A stretch of DNA of 60,920 nt, from positions 1 to 60,920 of the forward strand of contig JABFSM010000063.1 of the NCBI GenBank assembly GCA_013140635.1. Direction: 5' to 3'. Below the pieces are notes generated by a model. It had not been told where the DNA came from, did no database searches, and saw only the letters and a program-made list of their open reading frames with translations. This document shows positions 40,847 through 51,853 of the stretch, piece by piece. How positions within the stretch are numbered: the first letter of the stretch is position 1; every line of letters starts with the position of its first letter. The translations under genes were made by a program, and so were the position numbers. Source of the DNA: Gemmatimonadales bacterium. GTDB taxonomy: Bacteria; Gemmatimonadota; Gemmatimonadetes; Gemmatimonadales; GWC2-71-9.

Positions 40847-41994
40847 GCTTTGCACCCCGCATGCTGTCTCGCGCGGCCCTAACGGCCTCGTTCCTCGCCG
40901 GCGCCTTGGCCGGCTGCGACAAGACCAAGACCGACGCCGCCGCGCCCGGGGCGCCGGGCAGCCCGGCGAGCGACACCTCCGCGGTCTCCGGACCCGCCAT
41001 CGCCCTCCCGGTCGTGGGCCAGGAGGTCCGCAAAGGAGACCTTGTGCTCTCGGTGGTGACCACCGGGCAGGTCCGCTCCGAGGCGATGTCGATGCTCAAG
41101 AGCGAAACCCAAGGACAAATCGTGGCGGTGCTGGTCCGGCCCGGCGACCGGGTGAGAAAGGGCCAGCCGCTGGTTCAGGTCGATCCGCGGCCGCTCGACC
41201 TGGCGGTCCAAGACGCCACCGCCAAACTCGAAGAATCCCGGCTCCGGCTGCTCGACAATACCGTTCCCGATTCGATCGTCACGGGGAAGGCGCTGACGGG
41301 GGAGCGGCTCCGCAACGCCGAGATCCGCTCCGGCATCGACGCGGCGAGAGTCGCGCTGGAGCAGCGCAAACTCGAGCGGGAGCGGGCCACGATCCTCGCC
41401 CCGTTCGACGGCGTGATGGATGAGGTGAAGGTGGCGGTGGGGGAACGGCTCACCAACGGGCAGGAGATCGGGCGCGTCGTGGATATCGACCATCTCCGCA
41501 TCGAAGCGGCCGTCTTGGAACATGACCTGCCGCTCATTCGCGTCGGCGGCCAAGCCATCATCACCACGGCCTCGGCGCCCGACGCGCCGGTGTCCGGCGT
41601 GATTGCGGCGGTGCTGCCGCTGGTGGACAGCGCCACCCGAGCCGGCCGCGCGGTCATCCGCACCGGCGGCAGCCGAGTGCTCCGCCCCGGGATGTATGCC
41701 GACGTCCGGCTCGAAGCCAACCGGCTTCCCGACCGCATCATCGTGCCGGCGCGCGCGGTGATCGAGCGCGACGGCCGCCCCCTCGTTTTCGTGGTGAAGG
41801 ACGGCCGCGCCCAGTGGGTCTACATCTTCCCCGGCCGAAGCAACGGCGTCGAAACCGAAGTGCTCCCGGACAGTTCCACCGGCCAGATTCCGCTGAACCC
41901 CGGTGACATGGTGCTCGTCGAGGGCCACTTGACGCTGACCCACGATGCGCCGGTGCGGGTCACTCCGAAGGCGGAACGGGGGACGCGGCCGTAA
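40843..41994 (+). CDS. RND efflux periplasmic adaptor (MFP/HlyD_D23 family)
   Basis: Lipoprotein-like LAGALAGCD. Barrel-sandwich/hairpin pattern ...GQIVAVLVRPGDRVRKGQPLVQVDPRPLD...TILAPFDGVMDEV...RPGMYADVRL. GTGA overlap with the TolC gene. Confidence 0.85.
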   Translation: MSFAPRMLSRAALTASFLAGALAGCDKTKTDAAAPGAPGSPASDTSAVSGPAIALPVVGQEVRKGDLVLSVVTTGQVRSEAMSMLKSETQGQIVAVLVRPGDRVRKGQPLVQVDPRPLDLAVQDATAKLEESRLRLLDNTVPDSIVTGKALTGERLRNAEIRSGIDAARVALEQRKLERERATILAPFDGVMDEVKVAVGERLTNGQEIGRVVDIDHLRIEAAVLEHDLPLIRVGGQAIITTASAPDAPVSGVIAAVLPLVDSATRAGRAVIRTGGSRVLRPGMYADVRLEANRLPDRIIVPARAVIERDGRPLVFVVKDGRAQWVYIFPGRSNGVETEVLPDSSTGQIPLNPGDMVLVEGHLTLTHDAPVRVTPKAERGTRP

Positions 41995-44900
41995 TGTCTC
42001 TCGCGTCCGCGGCCCTCAAGCGGCCGGTCACGACGATCGCGATGACCCTTGGCGTCATGCTCTTGGGGGCGGTGTCGCTCGGGCGGCTGCCGGTGTCGCT
42101 GTTGCCCGACGTTTCGCTGCCGGTGCTCACGATTCGGACGGCGTACACCGGCGCCGCGGCCACGGAAGTCTCCCGGTTCATCGCGGAACCGATCGAGCAG
42201 GCGGTGGCCGCCACCCCCGGCCTGGTGGACTTGCGCTCGGTGAGCCGGAACGGCGAGGCGGTGACGACGATGCGATTCACCTGGGGCACCGATATGGCCA
42301 CGACGGTGCTTCAGGTGCGGGAACGGCTGGATAACGCGCGGGCCAATCTCCCCGAGCGGGCCGACCGGCCCACCCTCTTGACCAGCGACCCGGGCGAACG
42401 GCCGATCGCGGTGCTGGGGCTGACCGGCCCCGGCGACCTCCGCTCGATTGCCCGGACGGCATCGGACGTGCACGCCCGCCGGCTCGAGCAGCTGGCCGGC
42501 GTGGCCAGCGTGGCGGTGGTCGGCGATCCGAAGGATGACATTCGGGTCGACGTCGACCCCGAAAAGGCGCGCGCCTTGGGGATCACGCCGGAGAATGTCG
42601 GCAGCGCCATCCGGGAAGCCAATGCCGGCGCGCCCGGCGGCACGGTGCGGCGCGGCCAATTCCGTTTTGCCCTCCGCGCGCTCACCGAGTTCCAGGATGT
42701 CGAGGAGGTGGCGCGCACCCCGGTCGGGCCGGCGCGGAGCGGCATTACGCTGGCCGACGTCGCCACCGTCAAGCTGGGAAGCGCCGACCCGAAGACGATG
42801 ACCCGGCTCGACGGCGCACCGGCGGTCGGCCTCGTGGTGTACAAGGACGCGGGCGCGAATACGGTGGGCGTCACCAACAACATGTACGAGACGATCGCGG
42901 TTCTGGCCAAGGAGTTTCCGGACGTCAGGATCAAGGTGGTGGCGGCACAGGCGCAGTTCGTGACCGACGCCTTGAGCAACCTGGGTCAGGAAATCGTCAT
43001 CGGCGGCATTCTCTCGCTCATCGTGATCGTGATCTTCCTGCGCGACCTGCGGGGCTCGGTCGCCATCGCGCTGATCATTCCGCTCTCGATTCTGACGTCG
43101 CTCACCATTCTGCAGGTCCTCGACGTCACCATCAACATCCTCTCGCTCGGCGGCCTGGCGCTCGGCATCGGCCTCCTGATCGACAATGCGATCGTGGTCG
43201 CGGACGCCACCAACCGCTACAAAGAGGCCGGGCTCGGGGATCACGAAGCCGCCGAGCGCGCCACCGAGGAGGTCACCGCGCCCCTCGTGGCGGGGACCCT
43301 CACCACGTTGCTGGTCTTCGGCCCGATCGTGTTCGTCCAGGGCCTTGCGGCGGCGCTCTTTCGCGACCTGTCCCTCAGCGTGGTCGTCACCCTCACGACG
43401 GCGCTCGTGCTGGCCCTGACGTTGATGCCGGTGATGATGGTGCGTTGGCGCCCCCACGCGCCGGCGGCCCGGCCGGACAGCACCGGTGAGGACACCCGAC
43501 TGCTCAGCCGGTGGGGGCATGCGGTCGCGGAGCTCTACGAGCGGGGCATGTACTGGAGCCTGGCGCACCACCGCACGGTCTTCGGCCTCGCGGTGGTCGT
43601 GACGCTGGTCACGGTGGCCATCACGATACGGCTGCCGCGAGAAATCCTTCCGCAGGTCGACGAAGGGACCGCGGTGGCGCAGCTCAATCTCCCGCAAGGC
43701 ACGGCGATCGAGGAAACGGCGATCCAAGCGGGCCGCCTGGAGGCGGCGGCAAAGGCCATGGGAAGCGCCGGGATCTACAGCCGGATCGGGCTCGCCACCA
43801 ACGAAGAGGTGCTGGCGGGGGCGGACCCCGGCACGAGCGCCACGGCCCAGCTCATCATTCCGGTGCCTGACGGGCAAGACGCGCAGCGCTTTGCCGACCG
43901 GCTCCGCGCGGCGGTGCCCGATCTGGCGCAGGGCGCGCTGGCGATCGACCTCGCCGGCCAGTCGGAGTTCGGGAGCCTCATCGGCCGAGAGGGGCGTCTG
44001 GTGCGGGTCGAAGTGACGGCGCCGAAGCTCGACGAAGCCGACCGGTGGGCCGACTCGGTGCGCCGCCGCATCAAGCCGCTCACGACCCTCGCCGACGTGC
44101 GGGACGCCTTCAGCGGCACCCAGCCGACGATCGAAGTGACGCTCGAGCGGCAGCGCATTGCGGAGTATGGGCTGTCGGTCGGCGCCGTGGCCAGCGCGCT
44201 CGCCGGCGGGCTCGGCGGCGTCGCCTCGGGGGAATACCGCGAGACGGACCGCCGCACCCCGATTACGGTGCGCTTCGCGGGGAATGCCAACGAAGACTTG
44301 GCGACCGCGCTGGCCACCCAGGTGCGCGGTATCCCGGTTGGGCAACTGGTGACCGTCCGGGAAGTCCGCGCACCGGTGGAGGTCGTGCGCATCAATCAGC
44401 GGCCGGTGAGCGTGGTGGAAGCGGTGGTCGAGCGGGGTGGAACCGCCCGGGCCACGGAAGATGTGACCAACGCGCTCGCCAGCATCAAGCCGCCGCCGGG
44501 GCTCTCCTGGCAGCTTGCCGGGGCCGATGCGGAGCAGCAGCGGACCACGCGCGAGTTGAGCCTGGTCGCGGTCCTCTCGGTAGCGCTGGTGTTCCTGGTG
44601 CTGGCCGGCGAGTTCGCGTCGTTCACCACGCCGCTCCTCGTCATGCTCACCGTGCCGTTGGCCGCGGCGGGCGGGCTGATCTTTCTCTGGCTTACCGGCC
44701 AGAGCCTCAACGCCGTCTCCCTCATCGGCCTCGTCGTCATGATCGGCATGGCGGATAACGAGGCGGTGGTCAAGCTCGATGCGATCCGCCGCTTCCGGGA
44801 ACAGGGCCATTCGATCGACGAGGCGGTCGTGTTAGGCGGCCGCCAGCGGCTCCGCGCCATTGCGATGACCTCGATCACCACGATCACCGGCGTGCTGCCC

Positions 44901-45053
44901 CTGGTCTTCGGATGGGGCAGCGGCGGCGCGCTCTACCAGCCGCTGGCCGCCGGGGTGATCGGCGGCAGCGTCTCGGCGCTGGCGGTGACGTTCTTCTTGC
45001 TCCCGACCGCGTACGCTTGGCTCGAACGGAAGAAGGAGGCAAGGCGCGTATGA
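41994..45053 (+). CDS. RND efflux permease (AcrB/AcrD/AcrF superfamily), subunit 1
   Basis: 1019 aa, 12-TM/two-loop architecture. LKRPVTTIAMTLGVMLLG..., LSLGGLALGIGLLIDNAIVV..., GLVVMIGMADNEAVV. TAATG overlap upstream and ATGA overlap downstream. Confidence 0.9.
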   Translation: MSLASAALKRPVTTIAMTLGVMLLGAVSLGRLPVSLLPDVSLPVLTIRTAYTGAAATEVSRFIAEPIEQAVAATPGLVDLRSVSRNGEAVTTMRFTWGTDMATTVLQVRERLDNARANLPERADRPTLLTSDPGERPIAVLGLTGPGDLRSIARTASDVHARRLEQLAGVASVAVVGDPKDDIRVDVDPEKARALGITPENVGSAIREANAGAPGGTVRRGQFRFALRALTEFQDVEEVARTPVGPARSGITLADVATVKLGSADPKTMTRLDGAPAVGLVVYKDAGANTVGVTNNMYETIAVLAKEFPDVRIKVVAAQAQFVTDALSNLGQEIVIGGILSLIVIVIFLRDLRGSVAIALIIPLSILTSLTILQVLDVTINILSLGGLALGIGLLIDNAIVVADATNRYKEAGLGDHEAAERATEEVTAPLVAGTLTTLLVFGPIVFVQGLAAALFRDLSLSVVVTLTTALVLALTLMPVMMVRWRPHAPAARPDSTGEDTRLLSRWGHAVAELYERGMYWSLAHHRTVFGLAVVVTLVTVAITIRLPREILPQVDEGTAVAQLNLPQGTAIEETAIQAGRLEAAAKAMGSAGIYSRIGLATNEEVLAGADPGTSATAQLIIPVPDGQDAQRFADRLRAAVPDLAQGALAIDLAGQSEFGSLIGREGRLVRVEVTAPKLDEADRWADSVRRRIKPLTTLADVRDAFSGTQPTIEVTLERQRIAEYGLSVGAVASALAGGLGGVASGEYRETDRRTPITVRFAGNANEDLATALATQVRGIPVGQLVTVREVRAPVEVVRINQRPVSVVEAVVERGGTARATEDVTNALASIKPPPGLSWQLAGADAEQQRTTRELSLVAVLSVALVFLVLAGEFASFTTPLLVMLTVPLAAAGGLIFLWLTGQSLNAVSLIGLVVMIGMADNEAVVKLDAIRRFREQGHSIDEAVVLGGRQRLRAIAMTSITTITGVLPLVFGWGSGGALYQPLAAGVIGGSVSALAVTFFLLPTAYAWLERKKEARRV

Positions 45054-48000
45054 TTCGATGGGCCACCACCCGCCCCGCCGTCATTTGGGCGTTCGGCGTT
45101 GCGCTTATCTTGGCCGGCGGACTCGCGTTCGGCCGCCTGCCGCTCGCCACCAAGACCAGCGTCGAGTTGCCTCGGCTGACCGTCAGCGCCAGTTGGTCGG
45201 GCGCTTCCGCGGAACTGCTGGAGACCTACCTCACCTCGCCGATCGAGGCCGCCATTCAGGGGGTTCGCGGCGTCCGGAAGACCACCAGCACCTCGAGCGA
45301 CCGCGGCACCAGCATCCGGGTCGACCTCGAAGCCAACGCCGACGTCCAGCTCACCCGCCTCGCGATTCACGAGCGACTGCAACTGCTCCGATCCGATTCG
45401 GTCTTTCCCCAGGGCGCGTCGATGCCCTCGGTGTCGAACTACGTGCCCGAGGAACTCGACGAGCCGTCGCTGCTGCAGTACCGCTTGTCGGGTCCGTACA
45501 CGCCGGGCACGCTGAGCCGCCTGGCGCGCGAGCAGCTGAGCCCGCGGCTCACCTCGGTCGAGGGGGTCTCGAACGTCACGTCGTTCGGCGTGGCGGAGCT
45601 CGGCGTGGCGGTCTCGTATGACGTCCAGCGGCTCCGGCAGCTCGATATCTCCCCCGCCCTCCTCTCCGCCGCCCTCGCCGGCGCGCGTATGGTGCAAGCG
45701 CTGGGCGAAGAGCGGCTCGGCTCCACGGTGCGGACGGTGGTGCTGCGCGACCAGCCGAAGGCCTACCAGGATCTCGAAGCGCTGCCGATCCGGGCGCCGA
45801 ACGGCCGCATCTTTCGGTTAGGCGAACTCGCCTCGGTCCGCCCTGAGGAAGACGCGCAGGGGCGGTTCGCCCGGCTCAACGGCACGACCGCGGTCGGACT
45901 CGACATCACCCGTCTCCCCGGCGCGGACGTCATCCACACCGCGCGCAAGGTAAAGGCCGCGGTCCAGGAGCTGAGTTCCGTGCTTCCGCCCGGCGTCACG
46001 ATGCGGTTGGAAAACGACGAGAGCGTCGATCTATCCAAGCAGCTCAACGACCTGATCCTCCGGGGCAGCATCGCGTTCGCGGCGGTCACCCTCGTGCTGC
46101 TGATCGGGATGCGGCGAATTCGGCCGGTGGCGCTGGTCATGGGAAGCGCGGCGATCGCGATCGCGGGAACGGCGCTCGGGCTCTATCTCTTCAAGATCCC
46201 GGCCAATCTCCTGACGCTGGCCGGCCTCGGGATGGGCATCGGCATTCTGGTGCAGGACGGGGTGGTGGTGGTAGACCGGCTCCGCCGCGTCCCCAACACG
46301 CCGGCGGCGCGCGCCGCCGCCGGCAACCGGATTTCGCGCGCGGTGATCGGATCGACCCTCACGACGATCGTCGTGCTGTTCCCCTTCCTTTATCTCCAAG
46401 GGAACGCGCGCGCCGCCTTCGTTCCGTTCGCGGCGGCTTTCGCCCTCGGCCTCGTCTGGTCGGTCTTCTCATCGGTCGTCATGATTCCCTCGGTGGGCAC
46501 GGGGGGAAGCGAGAAGGCACCCTGGCCCAAGCTGCAGTCGTTCTACCTCAAGACCCTCTCTCCGCTTCTCCGGTGGCGCAAGACGACGCTGGCGTTCACG
46601 ATCCTGCTGCTCGGCGTCGTCACCTGGGGCTTCGTCAAACGGGTGCCGCGTTCCTCGTTCGGCAACTGGTACGGCCAGCGCACGACGCTCGGCGTCACGC
46701 TCAGCTTCCCGCGCGGCTCCGACCCGGAGAGCCTCGACCGGAGCATCGCGGAGTTTGAGCGGATCGCGGTCGGGCGTGAGGGAGTCGAGCGGGTCGAGGC
46801 GCGGGGCGGCGGATCATCCGCCCGGCTCGAGGTCACCTTCAAGGACGAGTATGCGCTGAGCCCGATCCCGCTCCAGATGCAGGAGGAAATGACTCAGCGG
46901 GCGGTGCTGGTCGGCGGCGCATCCGTCTACGTGTCGGGACGCGGCCCCGGCTTTGCCAACGGCGGCGGCAGTTCGTCGGTGACCTTTCGTATCAAGCTGC
47001 TCGGTTATTCGTTCGGCGGGGTCGAACGGCTTGCGAAGGATCTGCGGGACCGCCTGGAGAGGATTCCCCGGGTCCGCAGCGTCAACATCAATGCGGGGAG
47101 TTTCTGGGGCGCCGAACGGGCGGTGAGCGTTGTCTTGACCCCCGATCGGGGGGCGCTGGCCCGCGCCGGCGTTTCCGCCCGGGACTTTGCCGGCACCCTG
47201 GCCCGGGAAATCCGCGGGGCGGTCGGTGGGCAGCGACTCGAGTTCGACGGCGAGGAGACGTCGGTCTCGCTCAAGGCGGCGGGGGCGCGGGAGCGGTCGC
47301 TCGACGAATTGCGCTCGGTGCTGGTGCCGAACGGCACTCGGTCTCCGGTCCGCGTGGGCGACCTTGCGGAGGTGGGAGAGCGCGAGGGCCTCGGCACCAT
47401 CAGCCGCGAAGACCAGCAGTACGTGCGGATCGTCGCGTACGATTTCCGCGGCCCCCAGAAGCTGGCGAACCGGACCCACGAAGCGTTCATGAAGTCGATC
47501 AGCGCGCCGGCGGGGTATTCGATCAGCGACCAGCGATTCACCTGGGAAGAAGACAACAGCGCCAAGGGACTCTGGTTCGTCTTCGCCGCCGGGGTCATTC
47601 TCGTGGTGCTTTCGGTGGCGATGGTCTTCGATTCGGTATGGGCGGCGGCGATGGTGTTCTTGTCGCTTCCGGTGGCGGTGGCCGGAGTTGCCGCGGTCTT
47701 CTGGGCCACCAAGACGTCATTCACGCGCGAGGCGGCGGTGGGGGTGATCCTGGTGGTCGGGCTCGCGGTCCACCAGGCCATTCTCCTGGTCGACGCGGCG
47801 TTGGAGCGGCGCCGCGAGCTCGGCCGGCTGGCGGGTGAGGCGTCGGCGGGGGGAATAACCGGATTCGAGCGGCCCAGCGGCAAGCTCACGGTGGACGATG
47901 TACTGCATGCCGCCGCCGACCGGGCGGGGATGATCGTGCTGGTCACGCTGACCACGCTCGCGAGTCTGATTCCGCTGGCGGTCGGCGCCGACGGCGACAG

Positions 48001-48157
48001 CCTTTTCAGCGCCATCGCCCTCGCAACGGCGGGGGGAACTGTGGCCGGCACGATCGGCGCCCTCTGGATCGTCCCGACCTATTTGGTGAGCTGGAAGAAG
48101 CGCCGGTCAGCGGCCGCGGCCGCTCGGCCCGAAGGTAGTGAGGTCAGCGCCACCTGA
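45050..48157 (+). CDS. RND efflux permease, subunit 2 (tandem paralog)
   Basis: MIRWATTRPAVIWAFGVALILAG..., LAGLGMGIGILVQDGVVVV..., VILVVGLAVHQAILLV. Start set at ATG 45050, overlapping the preceding stop. Confidence 0.9.
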   Translation: MIRWATTRPAVIWAFGVALILAGGLAFGRLPLATKTSVELPRLTVSASWSGASAELLETYLTSPIEAAIQGVRGVRKTTSTSSDRGTSIRVDLEANADVQLTRLAIHERLQLLRSDSVFPQGASMPSVSNYVPEELDEPSLLQYRLSGPYTPGTLSRLAREQLSPRLTSVEGVSNVTSFGVAELGVAVSYDVQRLRQLDISPALLSAALAGARMVQALGEERLGSTVRTVVLRDQPKAYQDLEALPIRAPNGRIFRLGELASVRPEEDAQGRFARLNGTTAVGLDITRLPGADVIHTARKVKAAVQELSSVLPPGVTMRLENDESVDLSKQLNDLILRGSIAFAAVTLVLLIGMRRIRPVALVMGSAAIAIAGTALGLYLFKIPANLLTLAGLGMGIGILVQDGVVVVDRLRRVPNTPAARAAAGNRISRAVIGSTLTTIVVLFPFLYLQGNARAAFVPFAAAFALGLVWSVFSSVVMIPSVGTGGSEKAPWPKLQSFYLKTLSPLLRWRKTTLAFTILLLGVVTWGFVKRVPRSSFGNWYGQRTTLGVTLSFPRGSDPESLDRSIAEFERIAVGREGVERVEARGGGSSARLEVTFKDEYALSPIPLQMQEEMTQRAVLVGGASVYVSGRGPGFANGGGSSSVTFRIKLLGYSFGGVERLAKDLRDRLERIPRVRSVNINAGSFWGAERAVSVVLTPDRGALARAGVSARDFAGTLAREIRGAVGGQRLEFDGEETSVSLKAAGARERSLDELRSVLVPNGTRSPVRVGDLAEVGEREGLGTISREDQQYVRIVAYDFRGPQKLANRTHEAFMKSISAPAGYSISDQRFTWEEDNSAKGLWFVFAAGVILVVLSVAMVFDSVWAAAMVFLSLPVAVAGVAAVFWATKTSFTREAAVGVILVVGLAVHQAILLVDAALERRRELGRLAGEASAGGITGFERPSGKLTVDDVLHAAADRAGMIVLVTLTTLASLIPLAVGADGDSLFSAIALATAGGTVAGTIGALWIVPTYLVSWKKRRSAAAAARPEGSEVSAT

Positions 48158-49096
48158 CGCGACGGTGCTCGCGGCTTGGGTCCGGCCGCCAAGCTTCTGG
48201 CGGTACATCGCGGCGTCGGCGGCGTTCACGATCGTGTTGATGTCGCGGCCGTCCTCGGGATAGAGCGCGAGGCCCGCGCTCAACGCGATGGGGCACGGCT
48301 TGCCGTCGAGGGTGAAGGGCGCGGTGACCGCGTCCACCATGAGCCCCGCGACGGTGAGCGCCACCTCGCGGCTGGCCACCCGTTCGAACAGGACCACGAA
48401 CTCGTCTCCCGCCAGCCGCGCCAAGCTGTCGCTTTGCCGGACCACCCCGCCCAGTCGCCCCGCCACCTCGACCAGCACGCGATCGCCCGCCGCGTGGCCG
48501 AAGGTATCGTTGATTTCCTTGAATCCGTCGAGGTCGACAAAGAGCACGGCAAACCGTTCCCGGTAGCGCTGGGCCCGCGCCAGCGCGTGCTGGAGCCGGT
48601 CGAAGAAGAGCGCTCGGTTGGGAAGCCCGGTGAGGGCGTCGTGCGTGGCCCGGTACGCTTCGCGATCGCGGGCCCGTTCCAGATGGGCCAGGAGCCGGTG
48701 CCGCTCCATGGCCTGCCGGAGGGTCCGCCCGAGCTGACGAGGGTCGATCGAGCCCTTGACGAGGTAGTCCTGCGCGCCGGCCTGAACCGCCAGGACGGCG
48801 AGCTCTTCGTCGTCGGTGCCGGTCATCACGACGAGCGGAGTTCCCGACCCCGCGGCCAGCAGACGCTCGACGGTGTGCAGGCCCGAGGAATCGGGAAGGG
48901 AGAGGTCGGAGAGAATCAGGTCGATGGGACGGGATGCGAGCGCCTCGAGGGCCGCCCCGAGGGTCGGGACATGGATCACCTCGAACCGCGGCTGAGACAC
49001 GCGTGAGAGAATCCCCGACGCAAGCCTCGCATCGTCGGGATTGTCCTCCACCAGGAGTACGGCGAGCGGGCTGGCCTCGATCTGGTGCAACGCCAT
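48107..49096 (-). CDS. Response regulator receiver + GGDEF-domain protein (AGDEF variant)
   Basis: REC: LAVLLVEDNPDDARL...DLILSDLSLPD. GGDEF domain: THDALTGLPNRALF...VLFVDLDGFKEINDTFGHAAGDRVL...LARLAGDEFVVLF. Start moved to ATG 49096. Confidence 0.85.
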   Translation of the reverse strand: MALHQIEASPLAVLLVEDNPDDARLASGILSRVSQPRFEVIHVPTLGAALEALASRPIDLILSDLSLPDSSGLHTVERLLAAGSGTPLVVMTGTDDEELAVLAVQAGAQDYLVKGSIDPRQLGRTLRQAMERHRLLAHLERARDREAYRATHDALTGLPNRALFFDRLQHALARAQRYRERFAVLFVDLDGFKEINDTFGHAAGDRVLVEVAGRLGGVVRQSDSLARLAGDEFVVLFERVASREVALTVAGLMVDAVTAPFTLDGKPCPIALSAGLALYPEDGRDINTIVNAADAAMYRQKLGGRTQAASTVASGGADLTTFGPSGRGR

Positions 49097-49352
49097 TCTG
49101 TCCCCCAGGAAGCCACGAGAGTCCCCCACGGGAGCTCCCTTGGCACCCTCTATGACAGGCAAATGCCGCGCCTCTTTGGCGGGAACGGCGGCGCGTCCAA
49201 TGCTACTTTCTAACCCGTTGCTGGACATAGATTTGGACGCACGCCCCAGACTTGTGGAGTAACCGGCCACCGGCCTATATTCTGACTTCTTCCGGTGCTG
49301 CCGGGCCTGCCCCGGCGTTCCGCGCCTCATCTCTCAACAGGCCTCAATCGCA

Positions 49353-51848
49353 ATGACCGCGCCGAACTCCAGAGAACGGATTCTGCCCCGTCCCATTGAA
49401 GAGGAGATGAAGCAGAGCTTCATCAACTATTCGATGAGCGTCATCGTGTCCCGGGCGCTTCCGGATGTGCGCGATGGATTGAAGCCGGTTCACCGCCGGA
49501 TTCTCTACGCCATGAACGAGCTCGGCCTGGTGCCGGGGCGTCCGTACAAGAAGTCGGCAACGGTGGTGGGCGACGTCCTCGGCAAGTACCACCCGCATGG
49601 CGATGCCTCGGTGTACGACGCGCTCGTCCGCATGGTGCAGGACTTCTCGCTCCGGTATCCGCTGGTCGACGGGCAGGGCAACTTCGGCTCGGTCGACGGC
49701 GACCCCGCCGCCGCGTACCGATATACGGAGGCGCGGCTCACCCGCATCGCCGTGGCGATGCTGGAAGACATCGACAAGCGCACCGTCGACCTTCAGAAGA
49801 ACTTCGACGACCGGCTCGACGAGCCGACCGTGCTCCCTTCGAAGATCCCGAACCTCCTGGTCAACGGATCGAGCGGGATCGCGGTCGGGATGGCCACCAA
49901 CATCCCGCCCCACAACCTCCGGGAAGTGGCCAAGGCGGTCGAACATCTGGTCGACCATCCCGAGGCACCGCCCGAGGAGCTTCTCAAGTTCATCAAGGGC
50001 CCTGATTTCCCGACCGGCGGCTACATCTACGGCGTTCAGGGGCTCCGCGAGGCCTACGCCACCGGGCGCGGCAAGGTCATTATGCGCGCCCGGGCGCGGG
50101 TCGAGGAGAAGCCCTCCAGCGGCAAGAACTCGATCGTGGTCACCGAGCTCCCGTACCAGGTCAACAAGGCCTCGCTGCACCGGGATATCGCCGGGCTCGT
50201 CAACGAGAAGAAGATCGAGGGCATCAGTGACGTCCGGGATGAGTCGGACCGGGACGGGATGCGCCTCGTCATCGATCTCAAACGGGATGCGAATCCCGCC
50301 GTCGTGCTGAACCAGCTCTACAAACACACCGCCATGCAGTCGACCTTTGGCGTGATCAACCTGGCGCTGGTGAAGGGCCAGCCGAAGGTCATGCCGCTAC
50401 GCGAATTGCTCGTGCACTTCATCGCGCACCGGCACGACATCATCATCCGCCGGACCCAGTTCGACCTCGATGCGGCGGAGGCGCGCGAGCATATCCTCGA
50501 CGGCCTCAAAATCGCCGTCGACAACATCGACGAGGTCATCAAGATCATCCGCGGCTCGGGCGACACCGAAGAAGCGGACACCAAGCTCCGGAAGCGATTC
50601 GGGTTTTCCGAGAAGCAGAGCGAAGCGATCCTCAACATGCGACTCGCCAAGCTCACCGGACTGGAAATCGACAAGCTCGAGGCGGAGCTCAAGGAAGTCC
50701 GGGCCACGATCGCCGAGCTCCGGGGAATCCTCAAGAGCAAGGACAAGCGGGAGCGGATCCTCAAGGAAGAGATGGCCGAAGTCGCCAAGGACTACGGCGA
50801 CGACCGCCGCACCGAGATCATTCCCGACCAGGACGATTTCTCGGTCGAGGATCTGATTGCCGAAGAGGACATGGTCATCACCATCTCCCACTCCGGCTAC
50901 ATCAAGCGGATCCCGGTCTCGACCTACCGGAAACAGCGCCGCGGCGGCCGCGGGCTCACCGGAGCCACCGCCAAGGAAGACGACTGGATCGAGCATCTCT
51001 TCATCGCGTCGACCCACGATTACGTGATGTTCTTCACCGACAAGGGCCAGGTGTATTGGCTCAAGGTGCATGAGATCCCGCAGGGGGGGCGAGCGGCTCG
51101 GGGCAAACCGGTCATCCAGTGCATTGCGATTCGGCCCGAGGAGCGAATCACGGCGCTGGTGCCGGTCAAGCAATTCGTCGACACCAAGTGGCTGATCTTC
51201 GCGACCCGCAACGGCACCGTGAAGAAGACCGTTCTCTCGGCGTACGGAAACCCGCGGAGCAACGGAATCAACGCGATCAACATCGAAGAGGGCGACGAAC
51301 TGATCGACGTCCAGGTCACCGACGGCAACAACGACATCGTGCTGGCCACTCGCGGGGGGATGAGCATCCGCTTCCACGAGAGCGACGCCCGCGAAATGGG
51401 CCGAGCCACCACCGGCGTGAAGGGAATCGAGCTGGACAAAGACGACGCCCTGATCGGCATGGTGGTGATCCAGCGCGATTCGACGCTGCTCGTGGTGGCC
51501 GAGAACGGCTTCGGGAAGCGTTCCGAGCTGGCCGACTACCGGGTGCAGAAGCGCGGCGGGAAAGGGATCATCACGCTCCACAACACCGAGAAGACCGGCG
51601 GGCTGGTGGCGCTCAAGGAAGTGCTCCCTGACGACGAGCTGATGATGATCACCAAGAAGGGGATCATCATCCGCGTTCCGGTCGAGGGGATCCGGGTTAT
51701 CGGGCGCAACACGCAAGGGGTTCGCGTTATGCACCTCGACGAAGGAGACCTCCTCGTGGATGTGGCTCGGGTGGTGAAGGAAGACGAAGGCGGCGCCGAG
51801 GATCCAACCGGCGACGAGGCGTCGGCCTCCACGGACGCGGTGGAATAG
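49353..51848 (+). CDS. gyrA: DNA gyrase subunit A
   Basis: [39 protein letters not shown]...[35 protein letters not shown] (catalytic Tyr context [11 protein letters not shown]), plus the C-terminal beta-pinwheel repeats. Confidence 0.95.
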   Translation: MTAPNSRERILPRPIEEEMKQSFINYSMSVIVSRALPDVRDGLKPVHRRILYAMNELGLVPGRPYKKSATVVGDVLGKYHPHGDASVYDALVRMVQDFSLRYPLVDGQGNFGSVDGDPAAAYRYTEARLTRIAVAMLEDIDKRTVDLQKNFDDRLDEPTVLPSKIPNLLVNGSSGIAVGMATNIPPHNLREVAKAVEHLVDHPEAPPEELLKFIKGPDFPTGGYIYGVQGLREAYATGRGKVIMRARARVEEKPSSGKNSIVVTELPYQVNKASLHRDIAGLVNEKKIEGISDVRDESDRDGMRLVIDLKRDANPAVVLNQLYKHTAMQSTFGVINLALVKGQPKVMPLRELLVHFIAHRHDIIIRRTQFDLDAAEAREHILDGLKIAVDNIDEVIKIIRGSGDTEEADTKLRKRFGFSEKQSEAILNMRLAKLTGLEIDKLEAELKEVRATIAELRGILKSKDKRERILKEEMAEVAKDYGDDRRTEIIPDQDDFSVEDLIAEEDMVITISHSGYIKRIPVSTYRKQRRGGRGLTGATAKEDDWIEHLFIASTHDYVMFFTDKGQVYWLKVHEIPQGGRAARGKPVIQCIAIRPEERITALVPVKQFVDTKWLIFATRNGTVKKTVLSAYGNPRSNGINAINIEEGDELIDVQVTDGNNDIVLATRGGMSIRFHESDAREMGRATTGVKGIELDKDDALIGMVVIQRDSTLLVVAENGFGKRSELADYRVQKRGGKGIITLHNTEKTGGLVALKEVLPDDELMMITKKGIIIRVPVEGIRVIGRNTQGVRVMHLDEGDLLVDVARVVKEDEGGAEDPTGDEASASTDAVE

Positions 51849-51853
51849 TCTCT

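Noticed and set aside
41820-44810. 996-aa ORF on the minus strand. Similar long antisense ORFs occur at 679-1854(+), 3524-4714(-), 9794-10900(-), 12162-14114(+), 19483-20718(-), 22553-23836(+), 50397-51734(-) and 54118-55266(-).
   Set aside because: All lie antisense to genes with clear family signatures (RND permease, permease, imuB, dnaE2, tricorn-like protease, STAND, ispH, gyrA, kinase). Their translations are Arg/Gly/Pro/His-rich low-complexity strings with no motifs. They are typical stop-codon-poor shadow ORFs of ~70% GC DNA.
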